Source: Octopus bimaculoides (lineage: Eukaryota). Taken from it: a DNA stretch of 64,000 nt. The notes under the pieces were generated by a model. It was not told the DNA's origin. It saw nothing but the letters and a program-made list of their open reading frames with translations, and did no database searches. The position numbers were made by a program, and so were the translations under genes. Positions 1 through 13,059 of this stretch are shown here, piece after piece. Numbering within the stretch: position 1 is the stretch's first letter; each line of letters begins with the position of its first letter. The stretch lies in assembly GCF_001194135.2 (NCBI RefSeq), contig NC_068982.1, positions 165,535,736-165,599,735 of the forward strand, in the 5' to 3' direction.

Positions 1-174
1 TATATATACATATACAAACTAAAAAAGAAATAACATGATTCAGTATACGCATACAGGTAATATATATATACATACATACCCATATATACATGCAGACACA
101 CATACACACATATACGCATGTAGACAAAGAAGGAAAGAAAAAGTGAAAACACAGTCATGACATTGTTCAATGTA

Positions 175-258
<84 letters not shown>

Positions 259-566
259 ATGTGCGCTTGTGTGTATGTCTCTCTGTGTTTCGGGGAATAT
301 TTCTAACACATATTTCTTTGAGAGCAATGGGCAAGCGCGCATAGTCCATCAGTCAGCAATTTATGGATTAACATTCGTAGGATAACAACCGTTAAAAATA
401 GTAGCCAAAATGAAGTAACTCATTCAACAATGAAGCTGATATCGTCTGACTGCTTTACTGAGGTCTATCTAGTATACTATTTTTCATGTATTTATAGGAG
501 TGCGCTGCGGTGATTCAAATCTAGGACCAAAGTGTATCCTTGAATTCACCATCTAACATGCCATAG

Positions 567-803
567 CCCATTAGTAATCAAACCTGCCATAAAAGGCTTT
601 AATATTCTGCCTGTTTCATGCTCAAACTGGCCAGATCAGGCCTCTCACACCTGCTCTACAGTGCCATTCTAAAGATAAACAATCACATCACCGAAAGCTC
701 AAAGCTATGAGAAAATGCATGATGAATTTAGAATAATGTGAATAACAAAGTATTACATTTGACTAAGTATTACATTTGATAGAGTAATCTGAATGCTAAA
801 GGA
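567..803. mobile_element. Non-autonomous piggyBac-like MITE (degenerate)
   Basis: Left end CCCATTAGTA (567) and right end TGCTAAAGGA (794-803) are decayed versions of CCCTTTAGCA...TGCTAAAGGG inverted termini. The body resembles a common octopus ~240-bp element (recalled). TTAA TSDs are not intact. Confidence 0.5.
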
Positions 804-1250
804 TTTGAGAAATTCAGATATTTAAAATTGCCGCCTCTTTATCTAATTTATTTGGTTTTTAATATAATATTCCCAGATTTCAAATCTCCCATTGGAATCT
901 ACACATACTAATATGCTATATAGATTAAATACGGTGAGTAATTACAGAATGTTATGTAAATTTTTCTGCATTAGCTACAAATAGAATTAATGGGAATTAA
1001 GAAGCAAATGATCACTATTTGTATCATAGGCTCATATATTTTACAGTTTGCTTACATAACGATTTCGTGGATTATACAACATTTCTTTATATTTTCTATG
1101 TGGAAAATACTTTTGAAAATATGTGCGATACATTTATTGAGATTACTCTTTCTAACTGCCTTTTAGCATTGTAAGATGTCCTGCATAAGCATGCATAAAA
1201 CAGACAAGCATGTACATATCAGTGTGTACGCATGTGCGTGTGTGTGTATA

Positions 1251-1288
<38 letters not shown>

Positions 1289-2443
1289 TGTGTGTGTGTG
1301 AATGTATATAAACAATATAAATTGAAAAAGTATAAATGCGTATATTGTTACCAGATTATACGTTAATATACGCAATTCTATACATACAATAAAAACATAC
1401 ATAGACGTGCAAAAGTACACACATAAACATGTATTCATATACATACATGCATACATGCAAATATACATATGTACATAAATACGTACACACATACACACGC
1501 ACGCACACGCATCCATCCATCCATCCATACATACATACATACATAAATACATACATACATACATACATACATACATACACAGAGAAAAATCTATTTCTGA
1601 AACACTGCTCGCGCTTCCATTTATATAAACTTTTATATATGTGATCTTGTGTGAGGATGTAGTTGGATTTACAGGAATGGATGTGTATGTGTAAATAGGT
1701 ATGTATATGTGTTGTGTAGGTAGAGACAGACAGACAAAGGGGGACCGAAGGAAAGAATGAAATGATAGGACGGAGATAGAGAGAAAATGAGAAAGAGAGG
1801 GAGAGAGAAAGTGAGACAATCTCTATTATATAGCTTAAACCATTAACGAGGCGCTATTGAGGTTGTTCGTAAAATCAATATCTGTGATACATTGATGTCA
1901 CAACATTGAAGAAGATGTCTTACCGTGTATGTGTATGAGTAAAGTTTGTGCGCTTACAAACATCGACACACACTCATATACACACGCACGAATATCTGTG
2001 TACGTATATATAATTATGGATATGTGTGTGTGCATATGTGTATTTATATGCTTATGCCTGTATCAGAGGGGTTAAGGAAAGTGTGTGGAGATGCCTATAT
2101 ATATATATATGTATGTATGTATGTGTGTATGTATGTATGTATGTATGCCTGCATATATATTTATATATATATTTCTTTTACGTTTCGAATATATTGTATT
2201 TTATTGCAATAACTTAACATATGGCTTTGGTGATATTTTGAAGCCTGAATCTGCGATGAATTTTCAATTGCCGAAGCGATCAATACTTTCGTTTTATTCT
2301 TCTAATCTAAAACGATTGCAAATTTATTGTGAATGCATTTTTATGTGAAAATGCGAGTGAATTTTGAAATATATGCATGAATACAAAGAAGAATGAATAT
2401 AAGCATATTTTATTGAAAATGACATTATATACATATATATTTA

Positions 2444-3129
2444 NNNNNNNNNNNNNNNNNNNNNNNNNNNNNNNNNNNNNNNNNNNNNNNNNNNNNNNNN
2501 NNNNNNNNNNNNNNNNNNNNNNNNNNNNNNNNNNNNNNNNNNNNNNNNNNNNNNNNNNNNNNNNNNNNNNNNNNNNNNNNNNNNNNNNNNNNNNNNNNNN
2601 NNNNNNNNNNNNNNNNNNNNNNNNNNNNNNNNNNNNNNNNNNNNNNNNNNNNNNNNNNNNNNNNNNNNNNNNNNNNNNNNNNNNNNNNNNNNNNNNNNNN
2701 NNNNNNNNNNNNNNNNNNNNNNNNNNNNNNNNNNNNNNNNNNNNNNNNNNNNNNNNNNNNNNNNNNNNNNNNNNNNNNNNNNNNNNNNNNNNNNNNNNNN
2801 NNNNNNNNNNNNNNNNNNNNNNNNNNNNNNNNNNNNNNNNNNNNNNNNNNNNNNNNNNNNNNNNNNNNNNNNNNNNNNNNNNNNNNNNNNNNNNNNNNNN
2901 NNNNNNNNNNNNNNNNNNNNNNNNNNNNNNNNNNNNNNNNNNNNNNNNNNNNNNNNNNNNNNNNNNNNNNNNNNNNNNNNNNNNNNNNNNNNNNNNNNNN
3001 NNNNNNNNNNNNNNNNNNNNNNNNNNNNNNNNNNNNNNNNNNNNNNNNNNNNNNNNNNNNNNNNNNNNNNNNNNNNNNNNNNNNNNNNNNNNNNNNNNNN
3101 NNNNNNNNNNNNNNNNNNNNNNNNNNNNN
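2444..3129. other. Assembly gap (largest of many N runs)
   Basis: Run of N. Others include ~11244-11559, 12978-13058, 15912-16061, 20004-20333, 29073-29149, 38407-38606, 42741-42859, 45819-45971 and several 10-N gaps, most abutting microsatellites. Confidence 0.98.
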
Positions 3130-4196
3130 TATATATATATATATATATTATATATATATATTAGAGAGCATGAGAAATAGAAAGACACCGAAAAAAAAGA
3201 TAAAGATATGGATATAGAATATGCATGTATGTGCCTATGTATATGCCTGTTTTATGCGCGCGCGCGTGTGTGTGTGTGTGCGTGTGTGCGTGTCGATGTG
3301 TAGTTTCAGAAATAGACAGAGAAAGATACATACAAATTTACATAATTCTAGATATAGGTAATATAAAGAGAAATTGATATATGGTGACATGCACGTTGTC
3401 ACGGTATTGCAAATTCCTCTTAATATTTAAATATATTTACCATAAATATCATTGCATATTCCTAAAGCTAATAATATCTCAAAAGTTATATAACTTTATC
3501 TAACTCTGTACCATGCAAAACGTTTCTCAAATATATGCCTATATAGTAGTGTATGCATATATGCTTGTATGCATAATATTTACGTATATGTATGTGCGTA
3601 TGCATATATATATAAGTGTGTATTAGTGTCAGGTTGAATATGTGTGAGCATGTGTGAGTTTGTCTGTTGAACTTTTCGATAAGCTTGCTTTTATCTTTAT
3701 AAAACAAATATATCTTCATATATGCTACTACATAATTTAATAAGTTACAAGACTTTGTGAACGCTACAGATATATTTTGATTATGAAATGCATAAAAACG
3801 TCCTTTATATTTTAAATATTGGTTTGCTGAAGTAGCATTTATTGTATACTATTAATATTCATTTAGTAAATATATTCATCTTTATAAAATAATTGGTGTG
3901 CTTCAGAGAGTACTTCGTAACGTCATGACGATAAATTCTTTTGTCTTTAGCTTTTATTCAAGAACACACTTTGCATAACCTGAATGTTCAAAACAAAATT
4001 ATTTGATTGTTAAATGCACGCCAGAGTAACATTACAGCTTACTTCTAATCATCTATCCCCAGCAACAAAAGCCGGTGGATTGCTCGTAAGCATAGGAGTA
4101 TCTAATCAGATTGAAACAGTTGCAAATATATGTTACATCCTCAAATTCATTTTACTGTAAAGCTGAAATTTCCAGTACAGTAGTTGTCTTACTTAC

Positions 4197-4258
4197 CCCG
4201 GGTTTGCATTGTCGAAAGCTTTGTAATCCTATATCAACCGCCAGTAACCGCCATTTTT
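4197..4258 (-). CDS. Candidate coding exon of an unidentified gene: (E)KWRLLAVDIGLQSFRQCKPG
   Basis: Minus strand: acceptor ttatttactttag (alternative tttgttttcag gives an 80-nt exon to 4276), donor GGG|GTAAGT, one open frame. No recognised homology. Confidence 0.3.
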
Positions 4259-4599
4259 CTAAAGTAAATAACTGGACTGAAAACAAATGTTAGTCCCAAC
4301 CAGAAAAGGAGTAATAAACATGAATATCCGACCCAATTTTTAGAACAAGAATTATCCGTGTCTCACATTAAAATAACGTTTATATGTGCGAATGTGCTCC
4401 AAACTAAATCAGAAAGCAAGCAAGTAGCTCGTGAGTGGTATAGAAGCATAAATTTCACAATTAATCTCCACAAAAAATTATAAGGTAGCAGATTCAGTAG
4501 ACGTTTGCCAATATAATGAATGAGTGACATACTTTCAACAAAAGAGAACAAAAATGAGTAAATGATAATCACCAGGGAAAGATAAAATTCTTAACTTCT

Positions 4600-6110
4600 G
4601 GCTCAATGCTTTCCTTGAATCTCAGAGGAGACTGGTCCATCTCTACGAGAGTATTATGCACGACTCCTGAGAAAATCTATCTATTCCTGGCTGGTAAATG
4701 GAGTAACCGGTTCTTGAGGACTGATACGTGGCTGATTGCAAAAAAGTGCTTGACAGCTTTCCCCTTCGCCGAATGAGAAAAGCTTGAAAATATATAAAAT
4801 CTATCTCCAGTGATTGGTAATCGTCTATCGATTACTACGAAGGGTTGGGAAACGACACTGATCCTGAATTCAGTGACAAGTACTATGCATGATGGTGACA
4901 TCGACATAAACTACGGCATATTTCAGAGTGATTGTCTATCACTACTACTCTTTTGTGTGGCTCTCATATCTCTAAATAAGTTGTGTATCATAGAAAACAT
5001 GGTTACAGGATATATGATAGATAAATCAATAGCCTCCTTTACATGGATAACCTAAAGCTTTCCATAAAAGATGATCAACAAGTGGAACGTCTTTGAACTG
5101 TGAGGAAACGGTTCAGTAACGGTACTGGAATGGATTTCGGCCTTGATAAAAAAAAAAACACCTCTAAATGGAAACATACAGACAGACAAGTCTAGCAACG
5201 TCAAGAAATGAAATCCCAAACAAATTTTTTAATATTTTGGTGGAGGTGAATTTGATGACATCCAACACAAACGCGCGAAAAAATATGAAATATTAATGTA
5301 GATCAACGCTATCCTAAAAATAGAACATAATGCGAGAAAGAGGAATGATATAATCAATAGGTTAGCTATATTCGTTGTAACTTGCAGGTTTAAATTCATA
5401 AAATGGTCCCTCAGTGAGATCAGAAAAATTGATCCAAAAATACGCAACATCCTCCCAATACACCTTCCAATGAATACATCATCCAATGAAGAACACCAGT
5501 GACTTGAAGCTTAAACTTGTGTGCAAAATACGAAAGTTAAAACAAAATGTATTCAATATCAGAAGAAACAAAGAATTACGTACTGGAATTAAAGATCGAC
5601 GAGACTGAAGCGCAAGAAGATGAAACAGAATAATCCATTGCGATAGGAAAATAAATAGATGCACAAACCAAATCAAAAGGAATCTCAGTGCTGCGAAATA
5701 CATGGAAAATTAAGACACTGTACGGCAAATGCTCTACAAGGGCCATAAAATATTGAAGTAAATACAAATAAGACCCATCAAGCAAACGCCTTCATCTGGA
5801 TATAAATCAGAAGCAGATGGTTTCATTATAGTAGTTTAGGATCAGTGTCTACCCACCAGAAACTACCAAGCAATGGTGGTGATCCTACTCTCCGCTTTTC
5901 TGGTGCAGCCTTGGAAACAATCGACCATCTTTGGAGGTTTTGTACTTGCTCAAAACGAATATATTAATCACCAAGATTTGTACTGGATCATATACCGAAA
6001 ATCTGGACTCTCATCTGCAAAGAACTTGTAGGAACAGAAGCCTGCCAATGCAACAGCATATAAAGCTATCACCGCTCTATTAAACTGGCTGGTCGTGCTA
6101 TATAGGACGA
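4600..6110 (+). mobile_element. Decayed R4/Dong-like (RLE) non-LTR retrotransposon, RT to zinc-knuckle region
   Basis: RT motifs DCKKVLDS (~4733), GIFQSDCLSLLLFCVAL (ORF 4810..5055), FYMDNLKL (~5040), GMDFGLDK (~5127), then YKSEADGFII..DQCLPTRNYQ (~5800-5870) and ETIDHL. Many stops and frameshifts. Confidence 0.8.
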
Positions 6111-6654
6111 CCAGATATTGTGGTGAAATATTGCAACGACAAAATATTTTTGCTCATAGATTTGTCCATCCCAGCACGGTGGAACACTTTTTTAAAGACA
6201 TTTGAGAAGTTAAGTAAATATAAGCATTTTGAAATAATCGCCTAAAACATGTGTCATCTATGAATAACAATTGTATCTGTAACTATCGGAATTTCTAATA
6301 CAATAGCAAATAGCGCACGTAAACATTATGACCATATACCGAGAATCGCAAGATATCAGAAATACAAAACTTTATTTTCCACATTGTTTAATACAGACAT
6401 TGTCATCTTAAAAACACCTGAATTTCTTAAACCTTGCTCAAAATTGAAATATTACAAATTCAACAGAGTCCTAGTTTTCAGACTCGGGTCTCATTCTCAT
6501 ACAATATATCATTGCTAATCATAAATCACACAAATAGAAAAACGTCCAGCTTGCTATTACGCGAGTTCTTTGCTTGAGTTTTAAAACAGCTCGTATTAAA
6601 TAATTGAATTGAGAAACTTAGGTAGAAAATCCAGGAAATTATTAACAGCATACT

Positions 6655-7960
6655 AGCGTCACCACCCAAAAGCCAACACAAATAGAATATATCTACCCTG
6701 CTTACGGAGAGGTCGCGGCCTGACAGATAGAGCACTATTATAAAATAACAATAGTTGGACTAGAAAATACATAGAAGCAAAAAGTGGAAGGCTGCTACAT
6801 ATAATGAAATAACACGAAAAAAAGAAAACGCTTTTCTTTATACACAGGGAGACGATAATAATACAAATCAGAAGTAAATTACACCGAATCATCGAACTCA
6901 TATGTATGACAATACGACACAAATTATCAAAAGACGGAAAACAACATGAAAACAGACTATAAAACATACTAAAGAAAAAATAGACAGGAAAATCACTCCA
7001 TGGCATTGGCAGTAGCCTGCAAATCTTGACAAAGAAGTAAGTCTAAGTGAAAGCAAACCATGGTTCAAATGCCCTGGACTAAAAGCAGAAACGGAAGGAC
7101 TGATTCTCACAAGACTTGATCACAAGCAACTATGAAAGTAAATTAATAATAACAGGACCTAACATCAGATGCAGAATATGCATCTCGTATAATGAGACAG
7201 TTTACATCATCTCTAGCAGTCCAGTCCTAAAGAAATCTGAGTATCTATAGAGACATTACTAAGTAAGTAGTTTTATCCACTGGGCAATATGCCAACAATA
7301 CAACTTAAAATCTAACAAGATCTCGTATAAACATGTACCACAACTATATGGGATATGCCTGTTCAAACTGAGAAAGAAAGCAAAGTTAATTGACCAGACA
7401 TAATAATCAAGGATTGGAAAAAAATATACCTGCTTACAGATAGACATTGCAATCCCTTCTGACCAGAATATAGCCCAAAAGAAGTGGAAGGACTCAAATT
7501 AAAAGGGTCTCAAAATTGAAATATTCAAAATGTGGGGTATGAAGGTAAAAACAATGCCAGTAATAATTGTAGGATCCTGTATGATAAAAAAAACGTATGA
7601 ACAAAAACTTAGAAACTATACTTGGACCTACAACACCACACCATCCAAAAAGTAGCCCTACTAGGAACACTATCAATTCACAACCCAGTTAACAATACAC
7701 AAACACAAATGCAGTGAATCTCCAATGAAACAAATAACCACCACATGTACTCTAAATGTTGGATATTACACATTACACACACAATACAAACACTAATGCA
7801 ACAAAAAGACTCAAGCCAAACCCCATAACAAAACAAACTGATGCAATAAAGTAACGGGAAGAATCTACATTTTCCAACACCAACAGAAACACACTCCTTC
7901 AACACAGTGGTGTAGCAGGTGATGAAGTAGAAATTTGCCTGAAACTATCCAATGTCATAT
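6655..7960 (+). mobile_element. Decayed R4/Dong-like RLE element, 3' half
   Basis: RIYLPCLRRGRGL (~6685), WFKCPGLKAETEGLIL (~7060), CRIC knuckle (~7170), IDIAIPSDQN (~7440), EIFKMWGMKVKTMPVIIVG (~7520), IQKVALLGT (~7643). Followed by (CAA)/(AAT)/(GAT) repeats. Confidence 0.8.
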
Positions 7961-8033
7961 AACAACAGCAACTACAACAACAATAATGATGATAATAATA
8001 ATAATGATGATGGCAATAATAATAATAATAATA

Positions 8034-8313
8034 AGTTAAGCTTGGGAAGTTAAGCAGTTGTGGTCGATGAAAAGGGTAGCAGTAGTACCAATAATTGTCG
8101 GAGCCCTGAGAACAGTGAGCAAAAATCTCGAGAAGTACGTGGAATAAATAGAAGTACGTGCAATAAGGATGGAGCACTTGCAGAAAACAACACTGCTTGG
8201 AACCGCTCGAATACTCCGGAAGGTGCTCGAAAATAAGAGGTTTTACCTTAGTTCACTGGTAGTGAACATCTGACACTGTGGTACATCTCCAGCGTTAGAA
8301 GCTGTACAAGGGC
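8034..8313 (+). mobile_element. 5'-truncated R4/Dong-like 3' end flanked by (AAT)n on both sides
   Basis: Frame from 8046 reads EVKQLWSMKRVAVVPIIVGALRTVSKNLEKYVE*IEVRAIRMEHLQKTTLLGTARILRKVLE, then a short 3'UTR. (AAT)n at 8015-8032 and 8320-8349. Confidence 0.85.
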
Positions 8314-8314
8314 A

Positions 8315-8354
<40 letters not shown>

Positions 8355-8380
8355 CAACAACAACAACAATAATAATAATG

Positions 8381-9321
8381 ATTTCATTTATTTTCCACCA
8401 CAGCGAAGAATGAGGGGGTCAATACAAAACAGACATAAAGTATGGTGGTGGGTTACATATAATGAAATGATGAAATAAATAAATAAGCAAAAAAACGAAG
8501 TATACAGCTGTACAATAAAGGAAGGGAAATATACAGAGTATACAAATGTTAAAAAAAGGGGAGATGACAGAGATGTAATCCTCCTGATACAGGATGACCT
8601 GTAGGGATAATCGAGGAACACCACTGTCCGAGATCTTCCACAATACCAAGAGCAAGCGTCGTCTCCAATTCCCTTTCTCCTACTCCCAGGTCTACTCTTA
8701 GAGAGATATCATCCACTCTTGCCATTTTCGCAACTTTCACCCAGCTTTCAATAAACTCACTGGAGGACAGCACTTCCCTCTTCACCCTAAATTTCCTTTT
8801 CAAGTGCAACTTCAAGAAGTCAATGAGAGCTCTACCAAAGAGGAATGTATCTGTCATCATGCCTTTCAGACAACCTCTTTCGCCACAGCCACCAAGTAAA
8901 GGAAAACGGACTTACGTGCCTGGTTAAAGGAGGGTGGCGTGGCAATCATCACTATGGACTCAACCGATAGACGGATATGTCCCACACGTGACAACGCGCA
9001 TCTAGAGCAAGCCCGTTTGAGAGTACACCCGTGCCTGTAGAGTTTACCTCGAACAGTTGGCGCCCCTCCTCCCCGATAGCACTTCTAGGCCAAGGACATC
9101 TGGAAATTATCCATGATACTTCCCGACCGGAAAGTCCTCCGGAACAGACTGACCTGTTCGTTTTCGTCAGTGCCAAGAGTCTTCCCGAGAACGTCGTCGA
9201 ACTACCCCGCCACTATCCTCTATAAATTGCTAAAGTGGAATATCGACTGATCCAATTGTCCGACTGGATCGGTGAAAGTCTCACTTTAGCAATTTATAGA
9301 GGATTAGTGTAAAGGAAGTGC
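8381..9321 (-). mobile_element. L1/Tx1-like LINE 3' fragment with inverted 5' segment
   Basis: Minus-strand ORF2-like C-terminus: FDDVLGKTLGTDENE..LFRRTF..MDNFQMSLA, VRGKLYRHG, TDTFLFGRALIDFLKLHLKRKFRVKRE (ORF 8549..8860). AT-rich 3'UTR ends AAATAAATGAAAT. Segment 9238-9309 is inverted. Possible TSD AATAATAATG at 8371-8380 and 9322-9331. Clade call is from recalled similarity. Confidence 0.7.
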
Positions 9322-9331
9322 AATAATAATG

Positions 9332-9643
9332 TGACCATAGAGGACAAAATGAACAATTGTCAATGACAGCTCAGCCAATACCACAGAAATTGAAAAAATT
9401 GAGAAATATCAGAATCTAGCCAGAGAGCTGAGGTGACTGTGGCAGAGCAAGACAATAGTTATTCCTGTAGTAATTGATGCACTTGAAACACCAACCAAAA
9501 GGGTAAAAGAGATTGGAATTGAAACTCACATTGTCAACCTGCAGAATTCTTGAAGTATCCTAAGAAACATACTTGAGATTTGAAATTTGTCGTCACCAAA
9601 CAAGATAAAACACTCTTTAAGTAAATTAGTATGCACCAGCGTC

Positions 9644-9644
<1 letters not shown>
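9332..9644 (+). mobile_element. Decayed R4/Dong-like 3' end followed by (GAT)n
   Basis: EKIEKYQNLARELR*LWQSKTIVIPVVIDAL...HIVNLQ...ILRNILEI* (~9395-9585). (GAT)n tail at ~9645-9673. Confidence 0.75.
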
Positions 9645-9674
<30 letters not shown>

Positions 9675-9699
9675 GATCGAGAGCTTGAGATCATCCATG

Positions 9700-9902
9700 A
9701 ATAAAAATGGTTGACTTTTTGTTGGATACTTGGAAATTGGAATGATGTGCCCAAATGTTTGCGTCCTTGGCACGGCCAGAATAATCAGGAAGGTATTAGG
9801 CAGTTGAAAAGAACGAATGGCATGGTAACGTAGGCTGCAGGTTGTAAGCCCGCTACGTATGCAAGACTGCAGGAGCTCCCAAAAAAACCTGTGATAAAGA
9901 GA
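9700..9902 (+). mobile_element. R4/Dong-like extreme 3' end followed by (GAA)34
   Basis: CVLGTARIIRKVLGS* ending 9807, a ~95-bp 3'UTR with a hairpin (9829-9857), then (GAA)n at 9903-10004. Confidence 0.7.
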
Positions 9903-10004
9903 GAAGAAGAAGAAGAAGAAGAAGAAGAAGAAGAAGAAGAAGAAGAAGAAGAAGAAGAAGAAGAAGAAGAAGAAGAAGAAGAAGAAGAAGAAGAAGAAGA
10001 AGAA
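9903..10004. repeat. (GAA)34 microsatellite
   Basis: Perfect trinucleotide array read directly. Confidence 0.98.
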
Positions 10005-11202
10005 CGACGTTGATGGGTATGATGAATGTGATGAAGATGAAGATGATGATGATAAATTGAAGACACAACAATCATTACTTGCCTGTCGCTCAAATTTTGT
10101 TTTGAAGTTTATAAAGAAAATAAATTGAAATGTTTACCTTTGGTAAATTGAAAACTGAATAACAGACCGGAACTAATTTTTTTCTTCGACTGAAATATTA
10201 TGCCAACAAGTATCAAGCTATATTATGCAACGTTTTACACATTCTATCGTTAATAACTCTATTGATATACTTCATATTTTCGGCACTTGAAAAGGTTCAG
10301 GTATAAAGCACCTCGTTTTTCAAACTTATCATTAAAATATCTGACTTGCATCATTTACATAATCTATCAAAGTTGATTCAGAAATATACCTTTATTGTGA
10401 AAGACATGTTAATATGCATGTCTGAAGTGTGTTTAAGCTTCAATATAACCACACATTCATATACATTATACAAATGCATCCATGTTGTCGTATATACAAT
10501 TTATTGAAGACACAAACTTGTTTTTAGTTTTAGCCTGTTTATTAAGTTACATTTTCAAGTTAATTCTTTACAGCTCGTTTATTTGAAAAGTAAAATTTCT
10601 AACTTTATAATTGCTTCTCGAGCTCCATAGTTTCGTACATTGGATTGTGTGATATTGATGTGTACTACCGTTGTAATACATGCCGATGTCAGCAGGCTGA
10701 ACACATGGGCACAATACAATTAAAAAAAAAAGCTCCTTTCCCTCTGCCTTACTTTCTTTCTCTTTCTTTATCTTTTTTCTCTCCTTTCCTCTTTCTTTCC
10801 TTCTGTCTTTCTTCTTTTCTTCAAAAACCAAAGTGGCATCTTGAAATGTCATCAAGATCAACCAGCAGTAAAATTACTGACCATAGACAATTCCCAAACC
10901 TTATAAACCATCTCACAGAAAAATGGGAAAAGATCCCTTTTCTCTCTTTGTTTCTTCTTCCTTCTTTGCTTCTGCTTTCTTTTCTCTTTATTACCTGACA
11001 TTTCTATCTTCCTCTATCCCTTTCTCTTCTTCTTTCTTCCTTCTTTTCTCACTCTTTTCTTTTTGTGTGTAGACACACAGATAAAACAAACCCTAAAACA
11101 TCATCTTCCAAATAAATTTTCGTTAAAACACAAACCTGAGCAGTCTCGACAAATGAAACGAAAGCGATAACAAAGCATGATCCAAAATTCTGACTAACTG
11201 CT

Positions 11203-11234
<32 letters not shown>

Positions 11235-13059
11235 ATATATATANNNNNNNNNNNNNNNNNNNNNNNNNNNNNNNNNNNNNNNNNNNNNNNNNNNNNNNNN
11301 NNNNNNNNNNNNNNNNNNNNNNNNNNNNNNNNNNNNNNNNNNNNNNNNNNNNNNNNNNNNNNNNNNNNNNNNNNNNNNNNNNNNNNNNNNNNNNNNNNNN
11401 NNNNNNNNNNNNNNNNNNNNNNNNNNNNNNNNNNNNNNNNNNNNNNNNNNNNNNNNNNNNNNNNNNNNNNNNNNNNNNNNNNNNNNNNNNNNNNNNNNNN
11501 NNNNNNNNNNNNNNNNNNNNNNNNNNNNNNNNNNNNNNNNNNNNNNNNNNNNNNNNNNNATATATATATATATATATATATAATGCGTAATTGTGTTACT
11601 ACCTGTCTGCAGATTTCCAATTCTACTCATATATGAGTATTGTGGCGTGTTAAACTTCAAGATGTTACGCTTTGATGAATACCTATATTGAATATTAAAT
11701 GTTATTAAGAGAATTTAAAACTCCTTTCTTTCTTTTCTAATTATATATAGTGTTACTTTTATATGACAGCCTTGTCGCAACCAGTTGAATAATACGACCA
11801 ATGCTATTTGCCTGTCTGCGAGAACTATGTAACAGATGATTGTACATGCAGCCTCACTACGATGAAAGAAAACTGAGAAAAATAAAAGTCTATTTCAAAT
11901 GGGCCTCGCATCTTAGATAAAGATCTGTGATATCTCTCTTAGGACAAATTTGATGTTAGAATGAACCTAATGAAACGCAAATAGAAACCATTTTGTAATT
12001 CATAATAGATCAACTTGCCCACTGACGTTGCAACTAAAAGGACATTTGGTACACTTTGTAAAGAAAAGATTTATTTCATTAATTTTCTTACGGTATCGAT
12101 GTTATTTCCCTCCTACTATATAATATTGATCGCATTTAAATATTTCTCTTCAAAAGGAAAGAATGTTCTGATTGCACTCCCTGGTATCATAATGTAACGT
12201 TCGTATCTTTGTTTTCTTTCCTTTCCTAATTAATCTAGTATGCTATGCTTTACTACCTCAAACTCTTTTTGACCTAGAGACTGTTTGAAGACGTCGAAAC
12301 TTAATTAAGACATAACGTTTGAACAGTAATTACCTTTCAAGAAAGGAAACAAAGATGTCCATCGAGACAATAATCTGTTGTGATATTTCAATATCAAAGG
12401 CGCACAACAGTATCATTTCTTTTTAACTAATTTCAAAAACGACACTATGATTTCTTTCATTCTTTCTTCGCAATTCTTCGTTCATTTTTGAATGATTCAA
12501 ATGAAAACTTCAGAAAGTCTATAATCTCTAAATTACAACCTTCGAAAGCATTTAATAAAATTAGACATCTTGCGCTTTATATTTTATCAGTCAGTGGGAA
12601 TTTTAAATCTTCAAAATAGATACATATTAGATGTATTGGTATTAAGAAAGATTTATGGAAAAGAGAACGTCAATATGATACTGGATAGTGGGATGCTATA
12701 GCTTCATGAAAAATCTATTGTCGAATTACACGTTAGTATTCCTCATATAATGAAAGAGGTAATGAACATTAATTAGTCTATCACTCATTCAAGTTTCCCT
12801 ATTCATTTACGCATTTTCACACATACATAGATCAATTTTCATTTGTATTATATCATATAGAATACACACACACATGCACGTATGCACACGGTCGAGGGGA
12901 CATATACATATAATATAAATACATACATACATATATTCATATATTCATTCATATATATATATATATATATATATATANNNNNNNNNNNNNNNNNNNNNNN
13001 NNNNNNNNNNNNNNNNNNNNNNNNNNNNNNNNNNNNNNNNNNNNNNNNNNNNNNNNNNN

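Noticed and set aside
40-2217. ORFs rich in HT, VC, YI and MYVC repeats (also at 15691, 19886-20514, 32625-33129, 33860-34235, 42502-43012, 61817-62313)
   Set aside because: Translations of (CA)n, (TA)n and (ATGT)n microsatellites and N gaps, not genes.
12270-12305. GACTGTTTGAAGACGTCGAAAC, and a similar minus-strand GAAGGCGTCGAAACGTC near 19185-19205, as hammerhead remnants
   Set aside because: No CUGANGA core and no supportable stem I.
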